Notes under the pieces: model-generated
The model's database searches: none
What the model was told of the DNA's origin: nothing
What the model saw: the letters and a program-made list of their open reading frames with translations, nothing else
Part shown: positions 32,301-44,654 of the stretch, one piece after another
How the letters are laid out: each line of letters begins with the position of its first letter
Numbering within the stretch: position 1 is the stretch's first letter
DNA from: Perkinsus olseni
Lineage: Eukaryota
Direction of reading: 5' to 3'
Assembly (NCBI GenBank): GCA_013115125.1
Contig: JABANN010000194.1
Location: 1 to 54,716 of the forward strand
DNA: 54,716 bases
Position numbers and translations under genes: made by a program

Positions 32301-34925
32301 CTGTAGGTGGCGGGCCCCTCAGCGATGACGGCGATGACGATGAGCATTCGACGGAGGAGGGTAAGGGGGGCATGGAGTCGGTACAGATTCGGCACCTGAA
32401 GCGAGAGATCAGTAGGGATGCTGGGGGGGTGTGGGGTCGGCACAGTACCATTGCAAGGGATGCTATTGGCGGAGAATGAGGAGCTCCGTAGTCAATACAA
32501 TCCCGAGGCTCAGACGAGGCAGCGGACACCGGCCCTTGTTGAGGATGATGAGACGCGGGAAGCTAGCTATGAGGACTTTGGGGTAGTGATGGTCGCTGCG
32601 GGAGGAGTTGGCATCCTTGGTTGGGGTGTCTCTGATGAATATTTTCTCTCTCTTTGAGGTTGCACCTTCGCCTGAGTACAAGTTTGGCGAGAACATTCAA
32701 GCATCCCCGGCACCGACTCTACACGCTACCCCAGCCGCCGTTTCTAAGACCAGGAAGGTTGACGAGAGCCCTCAGGGTAGGACGACGCCTGGAAGGGAGC
32801 GCTGTACAGGCTGCTCAGCCTCCCCTCCCCAAGCCTGGAGTCAAATGGTGCCCATCAGCAATGAACGACTGTCTAGCGATGGCGAGGAGGAGGCAGCGGG
32901 TGCTGCTAAGGTTGATCCTGAGTTGGTCCGAGAAGTACGGCCCAGCTTGTCTGGTTGTGACTTGCGCTGATGATGAGCACTCAGGTGGCCTCTCTATGTC
33001 GAGACGTGGATGCCCTAGTAGAGAAGATACGTCAGGCAGACAACACTGTGGTCCTCCGATCCACACCGGTACGGACGAGGACTGGGAGGTAGTGTTAGCT
33101 TCTGAATGTAGGGCGATGACTTTGAGGAAATTGACGTGGAGACGAGTCTGAAGAGGAGCCCATGGGTGGTTGATGTGGATGATGCATCAAGTCAGAAGGG
33201 TGAGCTTGGCAAAGTGGATGATAGCGGTGGGCTTGTTGGCGGTATCAGGCTCTGGAGGTGGTAAGAACTCGCCGATGCGCCAGTTGGCCCAAAGTGCCAG
33301 TATGAGCCGCATAATGCGATACACGGCTGCTACTGTTATGAACGGCCAGGGCAGTAAACGCGGCAGTACTGCGAAGCTGGCTGGTAGGAAGGACCAGGTG
33401 TGCGAGGGGTACCGTAGCCCCTCAGGTCTGTCCTCGATACAGTCGACACCCCACCTCAGCTCCCTACTGGATAAGCGGACCCGGGGGTGGGCTGTTTTAT
33501 GACGGGGCAGCCCTCCACTGTTATGTCAGGCCCCCACCATCGTCATCTCAGGGGCAGACTAGGACTCTGTCGAAGAACGCAAATACCGCCAGTGCGTTGT
33601 TGAGGTAGCACATGGCCTTTGTGAAGGGGTTCACTGCTTTGGTGGTAGGAACAAGAGTACTATGAGCCTTCACGCTATCTCGGAGCTGGAGCTGTCGGTG
33701 TTCGATGAGAGGACGGGTCACATGGTCACCACGGCGAGCCCCCGGACTGCGGCCATCACTGGGAGCGCCAGCAGCGCTGCCTTGCCGACCATGGAGGAGA
33801 TACTGGGCGAGGAGGGTGGGTCGGACTGTGAGCAGGGAGGTCGGAGAGGGATTGAGAGTGTCTTAGGTGGTGATGAGGGAGAGGTCCTCATGCGGAGTAC
33901 TAAGGAGACTTTGAAAAGGATGCTGATAGAACTAGAGTAGTGAGAAAGTGGGTATGCTGTTCAGGCAGGGTCCCATCGCGTTCAGGGTCGTTTCTAATGG
34001 CTACCATCAGCTTTCTGATGACTTCCAGAAGCTGCTGGAAGACTATGAATCGAAGGTGGCCGAGTGCGAGTTCTTCCAGTCACAGTGGAATCAGCTCCTC
34101 AAGGGGAGGGAGAGCAAGCCTCAGCAGAGGGGCTTGGTTACGGTATGCCCCGCTGGGTGAACCTCTTCATGCGATCTATCAGGACCCTTCACTTTCATCT
34201 CTTCTCTCGCGATCCTCTAGCCGCCTCTGCGGTCGACAGCCACCACGTTTGGCCAGCGTGTCCGATACCACCTCGTTTATGAGGAGTACGCAGGCCAGTC
34301 GATTGATGCGCTCAACGGAGGATGCAGGTGAACGCTTTCGGCTTCGGCGACCTCGAAGTTGAAGCTCCTGCTTTTCAGTAGCAGCGGGAACTCCTAGAGC
34401 TAGGGCGATGCAGCGGCACCAGGACGGTGAGCGGGAAAGCTGGGGATACTTGGAAGTGTCCGTTGTAGATGGCCTGGGTCGGGCTCGGCTGAGACGAGGA
34501 GAAACAGGAGGGCCTCCACGAGGGCTCTCTCGTGTCAACTCTGAGTAAGTGCATCCCCCTGCGTTGCCTCCAAAGCCTATGATTTCTTTCAGTTCTGTGC
34601 TCCCTCTGACCACGGGTATCCGAGGTGAACCCTTGCCTGATACGCGGCGCCGGTTCAATGAAGGTGAGTAGGCAGACGACACGAGGACTTGCATTTCCGC
34701 GGCAGTTCCCGCTCGACTGAAGATGGCTGCCTCGTCCACGGCCTGCGCCAAGCGGCCAGTCGTGAGTTGTTCCCTCAACATCAAGAAGGGTACGAGCGAA
34801 AAAAACTGTCCTGTCGTTTGCTCAGCTCTTCCATTACCGCTCAGGTGCCCGACTGTCGCAAGTTAGTGATTCCTCCTTGGACAGAGGCAGCAGTACCCCT
34901 CGGTCATGTCGAAGCGTCTCCCTAG
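29356..34925 (+). CDS. N-terminal motor kinesin (kinesin-12/KIF15-like) with long coiled-coil and low-complexity tail; many exons, 3' end approximate
   Basis: VRVFVRVRP, FDGVFG, YGQTG-TGKTFTM, VEIYRE, MNDESSRSH, LVDLAGSER, INKSLS, FRDSKLTFLLRDSLGGN, ETLSTIKFAARAK. Motor at ~29400-31040. Confidence 0.9.
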
Positions 34926-35018
34926 CGTCTCGATGATGGCGTTGGAATAGGGGCTGTTACAATAGCTGACACTGATTATTACTATTATTATTAATTGATA
35001 AGTATACTGGCAATGCCC

Positions 35019-35900
35019 TCATGCGGTTATGAAAGTCTCACTATCGAAGACAGGGATTATGAGTTGGTCCAGGCGGATGAGTGGGGAGGAGCTTCTGGGC
35101 TTGCGCTGAACCTTCTCAGTTAGCTTGTTCATGTCCAGTGGAGCTTCGAAGATTCCTAGAGAGGAAATCGAGAGACCTATTGACACTTGGGGGAGTTTAG
35201 TGAGCCTTAGCTGTGAACCTGTGGTGGTCGCGTGGATGAGATGAGACCCAATGGCAGCAGCAAACGAGTTGCAAGCGCATGCCTCGGCAAGGCCCACATC
35301 ATGAGCTAAGCATTCCACTCAAGTGCTTAATAACTTGGGCAACGGAGTCGTTGAAGGAGTTGAGCGCTCCTGAGTGATATCGTGCAAAGCGGGGCCCTCT
35401 TTAATTCAACATGCACTATGAGTCACCATGCTTCTGTCAATGGTCGCTTTGGTTTTTGGGTTGAAAGTAGTGGTGGGAGCAGTGGGACGGGCGATGACAG
35501 TATTGCGTGTGGATAATGCCGGGGTGGAGCCAGGTGGGGAAGAAGAAGCGCAGCCTCGATCAGATGCCGAAGAGACGGCAGATAAAGCCTCCTAGGGTGG
35601 TGGGGAGGGAGGAGAACGTGTGAGTGTTGGGCGAAGTGTGGTAACGGAGATGAATCACTCTTAACAGATTCGCAGACCTAGATGATAGTTTGTCGGATCC
35701 AGCCCATGGATGCTCATCCGGAGGAGAGTGGTGCAGCGAGGATGAACGTCTGAGGGGACGGCAGAAGGAGGTACGACTAACAATAGTAGCTGATGCGGCC
35801 CCTCCATCCGGACTCTAGTTCTTATGATGCCCCATTGTGATAATCTTCGCGTCTTCGTTTAGTACACATGATGGTCTCTATGGTGTTTTATAGTGTTGCC
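35019..35900 (-). CDS. Possible hypothetical multi-exon gene; boundaries uncertain
   Basis: Terminal ORF segment (GSQLRLTKLPQV..FDSETFITA) with upstream acceptor-like sites. No recognisable domain. Confidence 0.3.
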
Positions 35901-36098
35901 ATGCCCTCAGATGCTAGTGAATGGGCAGATAGTTCCAGCGGATAGTGGGGCTGTGTCGATACAGCGACTGGCTGTGGAGACAACGCGGGTTGGTAACAAA
36001 AAGATGAGGAAGAAGGTAGTGGGAAGCGTCCCTCTAGGGCTAGTGATGGTCTGTGGTGTCAGGTAGAGCGAGAGTGGAAACGCAAGAATAAAATTAAG

Positions 36099-36832
36099 AT
36101 GGAGGACGCCAACGCGGACACCCTCATCTCGTACGCTTCGGGCGTTGATGTCCAGAGGAATGGGGGGGGGGAATTATCGAGCAGACGATTTTTTTGACTA
36201 TTCCACCCTCAGCTTCCTCGTCGGCTTACTACCTCCAATGCGCGAGTTCAACCAGCCTGATGCATCCAGCGCTATCCTCGCCTTCTGGACCGACGAAGAA
36301 ATTGAGGAGACTTTGGAGTGCAAAATTTGTTACAACGTGGGCCCGCCCTTCCCAGGCTTCCATCCACGGGCAATCAGCCTGTCCTCAGTTGCGCCCGGTT
36401 TTCAAGCAGCTGCCGTGCCCCCATCGCTACTGTACGGAATGCATTGGACAGGTCAGCGGCTACCCAGAAAAGCTGCAGTGACCGCTGGAATCTTTCAGCT
36501 CGAGCAAAGCCCGGGAGCATCTGGCTCAATTTGCTGTCCCGAGTGTCGAGTGCCATGCGACGTTGATCTTATCACGTACGACGTGAAGAGCCTGCAGAAG
36601 CTCCTCGAAAGGAATGCCCGATGTGCACACTTCATGCGGGGCTGTGACTGGAAGGGACCGGTAATAGGCACTTGGTACTTCCCTCGATCATCCCCCGGCT
36701 CTGGGACATGGGGGCCGTCATGATGACAAAGGCTGCCCTCGGTATTGGTGGAATGCTCACTTGCGATGCTTCAGCTATGCCATCGGCCCTTCCATCCATG
36801 CCCTTTTGAGGACTGGGCAGAGGAGATGCAGC

Positions 36833-36875
<43 letters not shown>

Positions 36876-39354
36876 GCAGCAACAGCTCAATGGTGGGAGT
36901 TCCGGTAAGTCCTCACGGTCGCATGATCGGTCGCTAGACACTACAGCAGGGGTCTCGTGACCCCGCGTGCGGTCGATTGGCTCGCGATTCGCCTAGCTGC
37001 GGCCCCTGAAAGCCTCTCCTGGCTGCTGTTGCAGGTTCGAAAGCCGTGCTGACTAGTTCTCCTATTGACCATGCGTTAAGGCCCCCAGAGCGGCCACCGA
37101 GGCCGGTCGTGGTTGTACGTCGGTCTATGCTTGGCAATAGTCCATGCTGTGTCCACTTAGGCTCCCAAGGTGGCCCCATTCACTTGCTCTACGGGGGCGA
37201 ATATCGTCGCCACGCCTAGCCTGGCTACAGCCAAGGCTGCACGTGGGAGGCCGACTAAGGGACTGGTCCCGCCGACGAGACCCAAGACGGTAGGTTCTTT
37301 CTACGGGACAGCGACCACCATCTTTTGAAACTCAGGGTCCACGGAGTAAGGCTTCCTCTTCGAGCAGCAAGGCGGCAGCACCTGCAATCTTGAATATGCC
37401 GCAGACCTGGCAGCAGCTGACGAAGAAGCAGCGAGCTCAGTTTAATGCTGCTAATGAGGCTCCGCATCCTAAGGCCGCCGCGCCCAAGGCTGTCACGGCT
37501 AAGGCTGTCACCACCGCCACGGCCAAGGCTGTCACGGCTAAGGTTGTCACCACCGCCACGGCCAAGGCTGTCACGGCTAAGGCTGTCACCACCGCCACGG
37601 CCAAGGCTGTCACGGCTAAGGCTGTCACCACCGCCACGGCGAAGGCTGTGACCGCTAAGGCTGCCACCGCCACGGCGAAGGCTGTGACCGGTAAGGCTGC
37701 TACCACAACTATAACCAAGACCATTCCAGCTAGCGTTGGTGCGATACAGGGTGACGCTCCCAGAGCCGCTCCCCCGAAGATTGCCGCGACTGAAGTCAGG
37801 ACGACTGAGGCTGTGCCTACCAAATTGAGTAACGTAGCATCACCTATCGGTTCCGTGGCATCACAGTCCCCACGGCGGCCTCGTGAGATAGTCCACCCGA
37901 CAGCACCAGCCATGCCGGCGGAGGCTGCGCGACGAGTGCAGTTCGACACGGCCACCTATGACGATGCCTACATCCATCCCACCCGTGCACCGACAGAGTC
38001 GTCAGTACAGAGATCCACACTCCATCCCAATGACCGATTGGCGAGCAGCTCAGCTGAGCGCCCCAGAGCTGGCCTTGACGGGCTGCTGCCGTTGCCTTCA
38101 CCACCGCACATCCATGCCGCTCGTACGCCGCCTGAGTCGTCAGTACAGAGAGTCAAAACAGACTCCAACGAGCGGTTAGGGAATCGCTCGGTTTGCCCCA
38201 GAGCTAGCCCTGACCGGTTGCTGCCATTGCCTTCACCACCGGTCTCCAGTATACGAGTAGGTCTACAGCAGCAACCGCTACCAGCGGTGGCGGGACCGCA
38301 GTTCAGGGTGCTGGAGTTGGCTGGGAGAATAAGCGCTAATGCAGATCCTCAGCAAGTGAGTACCACTGTTGCGATTGGAGTCTCGAGAACTCTTCGTTCC
38401 AATTATATCGTTCACCGTTAACTCCGTCACTTGGAAGCGATCTGGTTAAACACGTATGTGAGCGTATCAGGTGCATCGGGTTGATGAGGGGCACGCGGTA
38501 TCCTCCATGGCGGGAGGTGTCTCCTGGCACTCAGGAATGTACAGTACTAGTCGGACTAACCGTTGTGCGGTAAGCCTGGTGGCGTGTTCGAGGGACATCG
38601 CTGGCTTAGGCCCACCAGCAACCGGTCATCCGCTCTGCATCTGGCCCAACCTCGGGCCGAGAAGACCCGTTAATAAGAGGCTCGGGCGTGCCTCCGGAGC
38701 CCCCACGACACGTAGAAGGGAAGAGGTTATCGTCCATCGGCCTGTCCTCGCGGGTATGCATCAACACCGTCAGTTGGGTGATGGATCGATCTGGCTAGTA
38801 CCGCTGTATGTAGGGATCCAGCGTCCGGCCCACTTTGACAAAATCGGCCTTTACGGGAGCCGCCAGTGCAGAGGCGGGAGGAGCTCATCCTGAGGCCACA
38901 CAGCGGAGGCTTTCGAACACGACTGGAGAAGTGACCCCTCGTCAGGAGTCTGAGCGCGTGGCTCCTGAGGCAGTTCGGCAGAGGGTGGGGGGGGGATTAT
39001 CGTGAGAAGCTACGTAGAGTGTTCGTGCAGGATGAAGAGAAGCCCTGCCTGGCCGACTGTAGTGCAGCCAAGAGTGCCCCACCGAAGCCGTCAAGACCCC
39101 CGAGACCAACAGCACCGCCCACCCAATCACACCGAGGACCGGACGATCGACTCAAGGTGGCCCGACCGAGGAACTCCTTGGTTGTGGTTGAGAAGCTGAA
39201 TGGTGTCTTTAAGGTGGGGACGCTGGGCCCTTCTCCGCATGGCGTGGTTGGGAAGGATGCGAAACCAGCATCTCAACCTTCCAAGCCGACTGAGCCACCA
39301 GGGCTGCCAGCACGAAGCATGCCCAGCGAGGTCGACGACCACGAAGTGAGCTGA
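36099..39354 (+). CDS. RING (C3HC4) + TRAF/SIAH-like zinc-finger protein with long low-complexity C-terminus; multi-exon
   Basis: CKIC..LPCPHRYCTEC..CPECR followed by CAHFMRGCDWKG. Contains poly-Q and KAVT repeats. 3' end approximate. Confidence 0.7.
36829..36885 (+). repeat. (CAA/CAG)19 poly-Gln microsatellite
   Basis: Read directly from the sequence. Confidence 0.95.
37486..37705 (+). repeat. Coding minisatellite with a 39-bp unit (KAVTAKAVTTATA), about 5.5 copies
   Basis: aaggctgtcacggctaaggctgtcaccaccgccacggcc repeated in tandem, decaying at the 3' end. Confidence 0.92.
37970..38242 (+). repeat. Diverged ~135-bp coding duplication (..ESSVQR..LLPLPSPP twice)
   Basis: gagtcgtcagtacagaga and ttgccttcaccaccg each occur twice at similar spacing. 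Confidence 0.75.
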
Positions 39355-40870
39355 CGAAGCCTGTGTTGAGTGTGTGCATTTGTCACTCCACGCTCAGACA
39401 CGATCAGGGTGTTCGAGCGCTGGCAGGCGGCCGGCCAGACCTAGTCATCGGCCGATACTTATGACAGTGCTGACGAGGAGAGGGGTCATGGAGATTGCGG
39501 TATTGACGTTATCCGCCTCGAGTGGTTGAGCCTGTACTTGTTGCAGGTCCCCCGTGCGCCCCTGCCAGATGGGTTCACTTGCCCCGAGTGCCTGTTGACG
39601 ATAAGTGCCGAAACTTGTTGTTGCCCGTTTTATTGCCACTTGTTCGACTCTCAGTATCATTGGGTCGGACCCCGTCTACCAAACGATTGTTGTGCTTGAC
39701 TTTTCCCAGACAACCCGCTCTGCGTTCCCATAGTTCCCTCTTTCATCGCAAACGCTACATGAATGCTGCATCGCTACACTGTCGCGAATGCATCCTGGAT
39801 CCCCTGAGATATCTTGCTAACCCGGAAATACGCCAGCGCGCCGTGCGGCACGTGTGCCTACATGACAGTGACTGAAAAGTTTTTCTTGGAACGAATGAAG
39901 TTACTTCGGCTGGTGGCAATTAAAAAGTTGACCAGGACCTAATGGAGTACTGACCGCAACATCTGTAAACCCGAAACCCGACTCCGAAACTCGACTCTTA
40001 CACCGAAGGGTGTAGGAGGTTTCGCGCGGGAAGCGTCCCTAGGAAAACGCGAGAAAAGAGAAGTCTCCTAGGGAAATGTCGAGGGCCAAGTTGTACGCGT
40101 ATAGCGGCCTTGATGCAGCAGGCGATCCTATCCTTAACGGATACGACTGTGTTGAAGAAACGATAATGTAATGTGTGTAATGATATTGCGTTGATGTCTA
40201 CTCTGTGTATTCTGTACCCTATATACTACGAAACTAGTACTGGTTTGAGTTACTGTACGTTGAGTTATAAGGTTAGGTTGAGCACTTAATAACTCCCTGT
40301 AGTGGTATCGACAACATTCACTACACTCGCCTGCATCAGGACCTCATCATCCACCCAGAGCTCCAGTAAGAACCCATGACGCTTCCGTGAGAATACCCTG
40401 ATCTCCATGCTTACCACTATCTGTTTTGTATTCCTGGGTTTCTCAGACCCGTGCCTGACGTCATGATTCAGGAGAAGGATGACGAGGGCGCTAGCAACGT
40501 GCATGAGGACCTTGTGGTCATCAGCAAATTGTTGGTTACCGTAGTGATTAGTCTTAGCGAACCACATTCCCATCTCATTCATTACACATTATAATGAGAC
40601 CGGGGACTACTGTTGTTATCTCCCTCGTGACTTCAAAACCATGCGTCAGCCAGTAACAGGGATATAGGAAGAGATTTTGATATGATGCTCAAATATGTAC
40701 CACAATATCGTGATAATAATAACAACATTAAAACAACGTCATCTAGCGAGGAGGGACAAACGCACAGCCTAGGTCAGAGAATCACATAAGAGTATCACAA
40801 ATTATGGTACCAATGTCGGGGAAAGTTCACCACACACCTAGAAGCCGGATTATGAGCCGACTTATGGCAT

Positions 40871-42136
40871 GGTCAGAAGGGTACAGTGTAGGAGCAATTT
40901 TTGTTGACATTGAGGGTGCCTTCGACAAATGCAGCACCTGGTCGGCGCTGAAGGTGCTGCTGGAGCGCGATACCCGGTCGGATTATCTCTTGCTTCTTCG
41001 AGATTATCTGAGCTCTAGAGAATTCACTCTGCAGCATGGCTCGGACCGATGCTTTCGCACACTCACGAGGGGAACTCCTCAAGGTGGAGTCACATCCCCT
41101 TGGATCTTCAACGCCTTCATGCTGACCTTCGAGGCCTCTCTCACACCCTATCTGACAGTGATCTATGCTGATGATGGTGTCATCCTCTTCCGGTATCAGG
41201 ACGTGGCAAGCATCCAAACCTCGGTGAACGCCATATCCCGCAGACTGGATCTCTGGTGCCTCTCGACCAAGCTGGCTTCAAGCTGCCAGTTCACTGCACT
41301 CCTGTGAAGGCTGAACTCGTGGGTATTCTTCAAGCGGGAGAGTTGGTGAAGTCGAGGCTCATGAAGGGAGCGGCCTACGTCTACACGGATTGTCTCCGGG
41401 CCATTGATTACCTCGCGAAAGAAACCTCTGGCTGCCACAGCGGGTGTACCTTAGCTTCGGCGATAACAGAGCGATTGAGCACTCTGGGGGTGACTGTTAG
41501 ACTGCGATACACTCCCTCAAAAAGCGGCATAGGTAATCTGAAGGCCGACGCAGCGGCGCGGGCTGCGGCTCACCGTGAGCCTGCGGCACCTCTCAAGATC
41601 TCTTTCACCCAGTCGGCTCTGGCGCGTGCCGTGCATAAATGGCTTATGGTTTCAGCCACTGAAGCATATGAGGAAAACGTGCGGTCCCTCGGACGGTCCC
41701 TCCAGTATTTCGTCCCTACGATGTCTGCCCTACGCGCTCTATGTGCCATCACTGGCGGTAAGAACCTCTGGATGATTGTCTGTGGGCGTAACCAACTACG
41801 GTACTCAAGGAGCAAGATAGACCATGGTTCCTCGGTATGCCCTCTCTGTGACTCGGGAAAGGAAGAGGACTTCCACCACTTTCTGTACCGCTGCCACCAT
41901 TGGAACCAACACAGGCGTGAGTTTCTGGCAGCCCTGCGACTAAGAGGCATCCAATGCCCTCCCCCATGCGGGGACATTCTGCTGAAAGATAGAGCTCTGG
42001 TGCAAGTACTAGAGAAATTTATTGGTGGCACGGGTCGACTACAGCTCCAATAACGAAGGATGACTACTCTCGATGGCTAAAATGGCGGCTATAGGGTCTA
42101 CACGGCCGAGCCGCATCCAAAGATTAAGAAGAAGAA
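40871..42136 (+). mobile_element. 5'-truncated, internally deleted non-LTR retrotransposon (RT + RNase H + CCHC), with (AAG)n tail and 17-bp TSD
   Basis: FVDIEGAFD, GTPQGGVTSP, YADD. RNase H-like AEL..YTDC..GNLKADAAA. CPLC..EDFHHFLYRC. Tail taagaagaagaa. GAGCCGACTTATGGCAT at 40854-40870 and 42137-42153. Confidence 0.92.
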
Positions 42137-42549
42137 GAGCCGACTTATGGCATTGAATCCCGGGACGCATCCTAGGGCGACATTGGTGTTACCTGATTTG
42201 AGAATGGTGCTGATGAAGTGCCACCCCCGATTGGGCCATTATCCAGAACCAAACAATGTCATGTGTCAACAGCGGGTAGGCAAAAACCGGCGAGCGGAAT
42301 AAAACCCTACCTAGAGGCGTAAACAACAGCTGAGTCACATCGCCGTGGGAATCTACGTCTTCACGTTACATCGGATAGAGGCATGCATGAAAAGAGTATG
42401 ATAGCGTCAACGCAAATCAGAACGAGCCTACGTCATACACTGAAGCAGAAGCCTCAGCGCGATAGCAGCACTGAAGTTCTGAAAGCCAGATCAGTCATCG
42501 CGGTAATGACAAAAAGTAAGTTTCACGGCTTAACATAATCGCTGAATGA

Positions 42550-44023
42550 TTATCGATTAATAACTAGTACGATTCCACTCAGATTGAGGCGTTTCTGCAG
42601 GGCCCACTCGCGAATCTCACTGGATGGATGTTTTTCATGATCCGCAGCCGATAGCATGTCGTCGCTCTCTCTGGGCGAGGCATCTCGGCCTACCCCAAGA
42701 GTGATATGAGGATGCTCATTACGGCAAGGAATGTGTCCGTGGAAGTCCACTGGTAGAGCACAGGCCCTAGCACCCGAGCACACAACCGAGGATACTTCGA
42801 ATGAGAATTTCTTATGAACTAGAGGGTAGAGTTGCCTTTCGAATTCAGCAGTAGCATTATCAGGGTTCTTAGGCTCAGTGTTGTACAGGAGCGGGACATG
42901 GAATTTATCATTGAGTAGCATGCCTTTCTCGTGCATATACTCCCAAGTCTCATTCCTTACAGCATCTCTCAATTCCTTAGTGGATTTATTGCTAAGCTTC
43001 AGTTGGAACGACCTGGGTTTGGAACGTCCAGCGGAAACAAGTTCCGGCTTGTCTTTCTCGATGTCAGCTACTTTCTGCACAGCATCTCGTATCTGTTCCT
43101 CAGTAAAATCCTTATCCCTGCCGAGCACTCTAAGGATCTCATTCACCACCCCATAACGGTCCAGTGTCACATCAATATCAAACAAGTTGGCCCCATATTC
43201 CTCGAGCTCTTCCTTCGTTAACTCTTGTGCTTTCTTGGCAGCGTCGTCCAAGATCCTCTCAAAGGGAGCGTTCGCTGGCATGAGCTGAAACCAATGCCAT
43301 CTGTTCCCGTCCACACACATAAAGCCCAACGAGAGTGAAGTCGAGACCCACCCTATGCCTTCCAGCCCTGTTGCGAAGGTTTCTCAAGCAGACCTCGCGG
43401 TGATGGCGTCCTTTCACTGGATCGCTGCAGTTTTGATCGGCAGGATGCATCCACTGCAAATACGCAATATTGGGGAACTGCCCATTGCAGGTCTCGATCT
43501 GCGCTTGGATGTCGCGCCTGATAAAGAGAGCGCTCAGAGGAAGGGGGTCCAGCAAACTTCCCAGGTGTCACCATGCTAGTCTTACGGTAAGACTCTCACC
43601 TTTGATCCACCTTCGTATGCATTCGGTCGACGAAAACGTAAGACTTGCCGCATCTGGTGCTGTTCGATACGCTGTCAAAGAAACTGTTTCTCTCATCCTT
43701 CCAGTGACGTCCGGGAAGAAAAAACTCGTCCTGATTGAGCCAGTCTCCACCAAGTAGCATTGCAGCGGTTCGCATAGCCGTGCCTACTAAGGATGCATCG
43801 CTCGTTCGTCACAAAATCCCGCACTACTTTTGCCACTTCCCATAAGACCTCTAGATACAACAACGGTCTGCCTGCGACCACTCCCTTCGTCAATATCAAC
43901 CGCTGTACCACCTTCAGGCTGGAGATCACTGCGGCTAGATCTCTTTATTTCGCCACTAGTGCGGCCGTCGGATGACGTAGCCAGATAGATGACGGTGACA
44001 AACAGTAACGCGGTGAGGTGCAT
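42550..44023 (-). CDS. Trl1-like polynucleotide kinase + 2H cyclic phosphodiesterase without ligase domain, with N-terminal signal peptide; multi-exon
   Basis: MHLTALLFVTVIYLATSSDG. P-loop RGLMGSGKS, WLNQDEF, VFVDRMH..QRRDI, CLRNLRNRAGRH. 2H motifs FHVPLLY and PHITLG..PRESDDML. Confidence 0.7.
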
Positions 44024-44654
44024 TCTCGATAGAAAGAACAACTCCTACTCACCTCGGAGATAACACATCGCTACACAGCTCTGCCGTTAGCATATCCAGC
44101 CCGATGTTGCAGGATGAACCGAGCCAAACTTATACCAGTTATCCCTCTTACCACACAGGGTTACATGACCAGCTCGTTGGCGAATCAGTCACATGCACGA
44201 AGTTGTGTGTGAAACCATCTATCGACTTCAAGCTGGTTTAGATAATGATCGCAAAACACGTGATTACGTGACTAGCTGTCCTTATGCTTAAGGATTGATA
44301 ACACAAGTAAACTCTACTTGTCGGAAGCTTAAATACAACTTAAATTGGAGGGGTACATGACGCTAGGCTATGAACTTAGCCTAGACTGTCTCCATCATCA
44401 CAACATTGTGTTAGCGGAGCGAAGTAGACGGATAATCATTGATTATCACATAGCACCTGGACTCCATCGTGAAGATGTGCTGTGCCGAAGAGGCGATGAT
44501 TCGCACCATTTCCAGACCTACTTTGTGAAACGCCAGAGAAATTAGAAAATGCAAGATTTGTCAAGTGCGCAAGATGCGCGCTGCTCCCTGCGATCTCCAC
44601 GGCCGAAGGACAGAACTTGATGACTTGCCTGTAATCAGCTAATACACACCTCTT

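Noticed and set aside
36162-36171. Apparent frameshift near the start of the RING gene
   Set aside because: It falls in a G10 run, and G9 restores the frame from ATG 36099. A homopolymer error or tiny intron is more likely than a pseudogene or programmed frameshift.
37486-37705. Regular repeats considered as a CRISPR-like array
   Set aside because: Tandem in-frame coding units with no unique spacers and no cas genes, in a eukaryotic context.
40286-40582. 98-aa minus-strand ORF next to the LINE
   Set aside because: No recognisable domain or splice pattern, and it lies outside the TSD-defined element.
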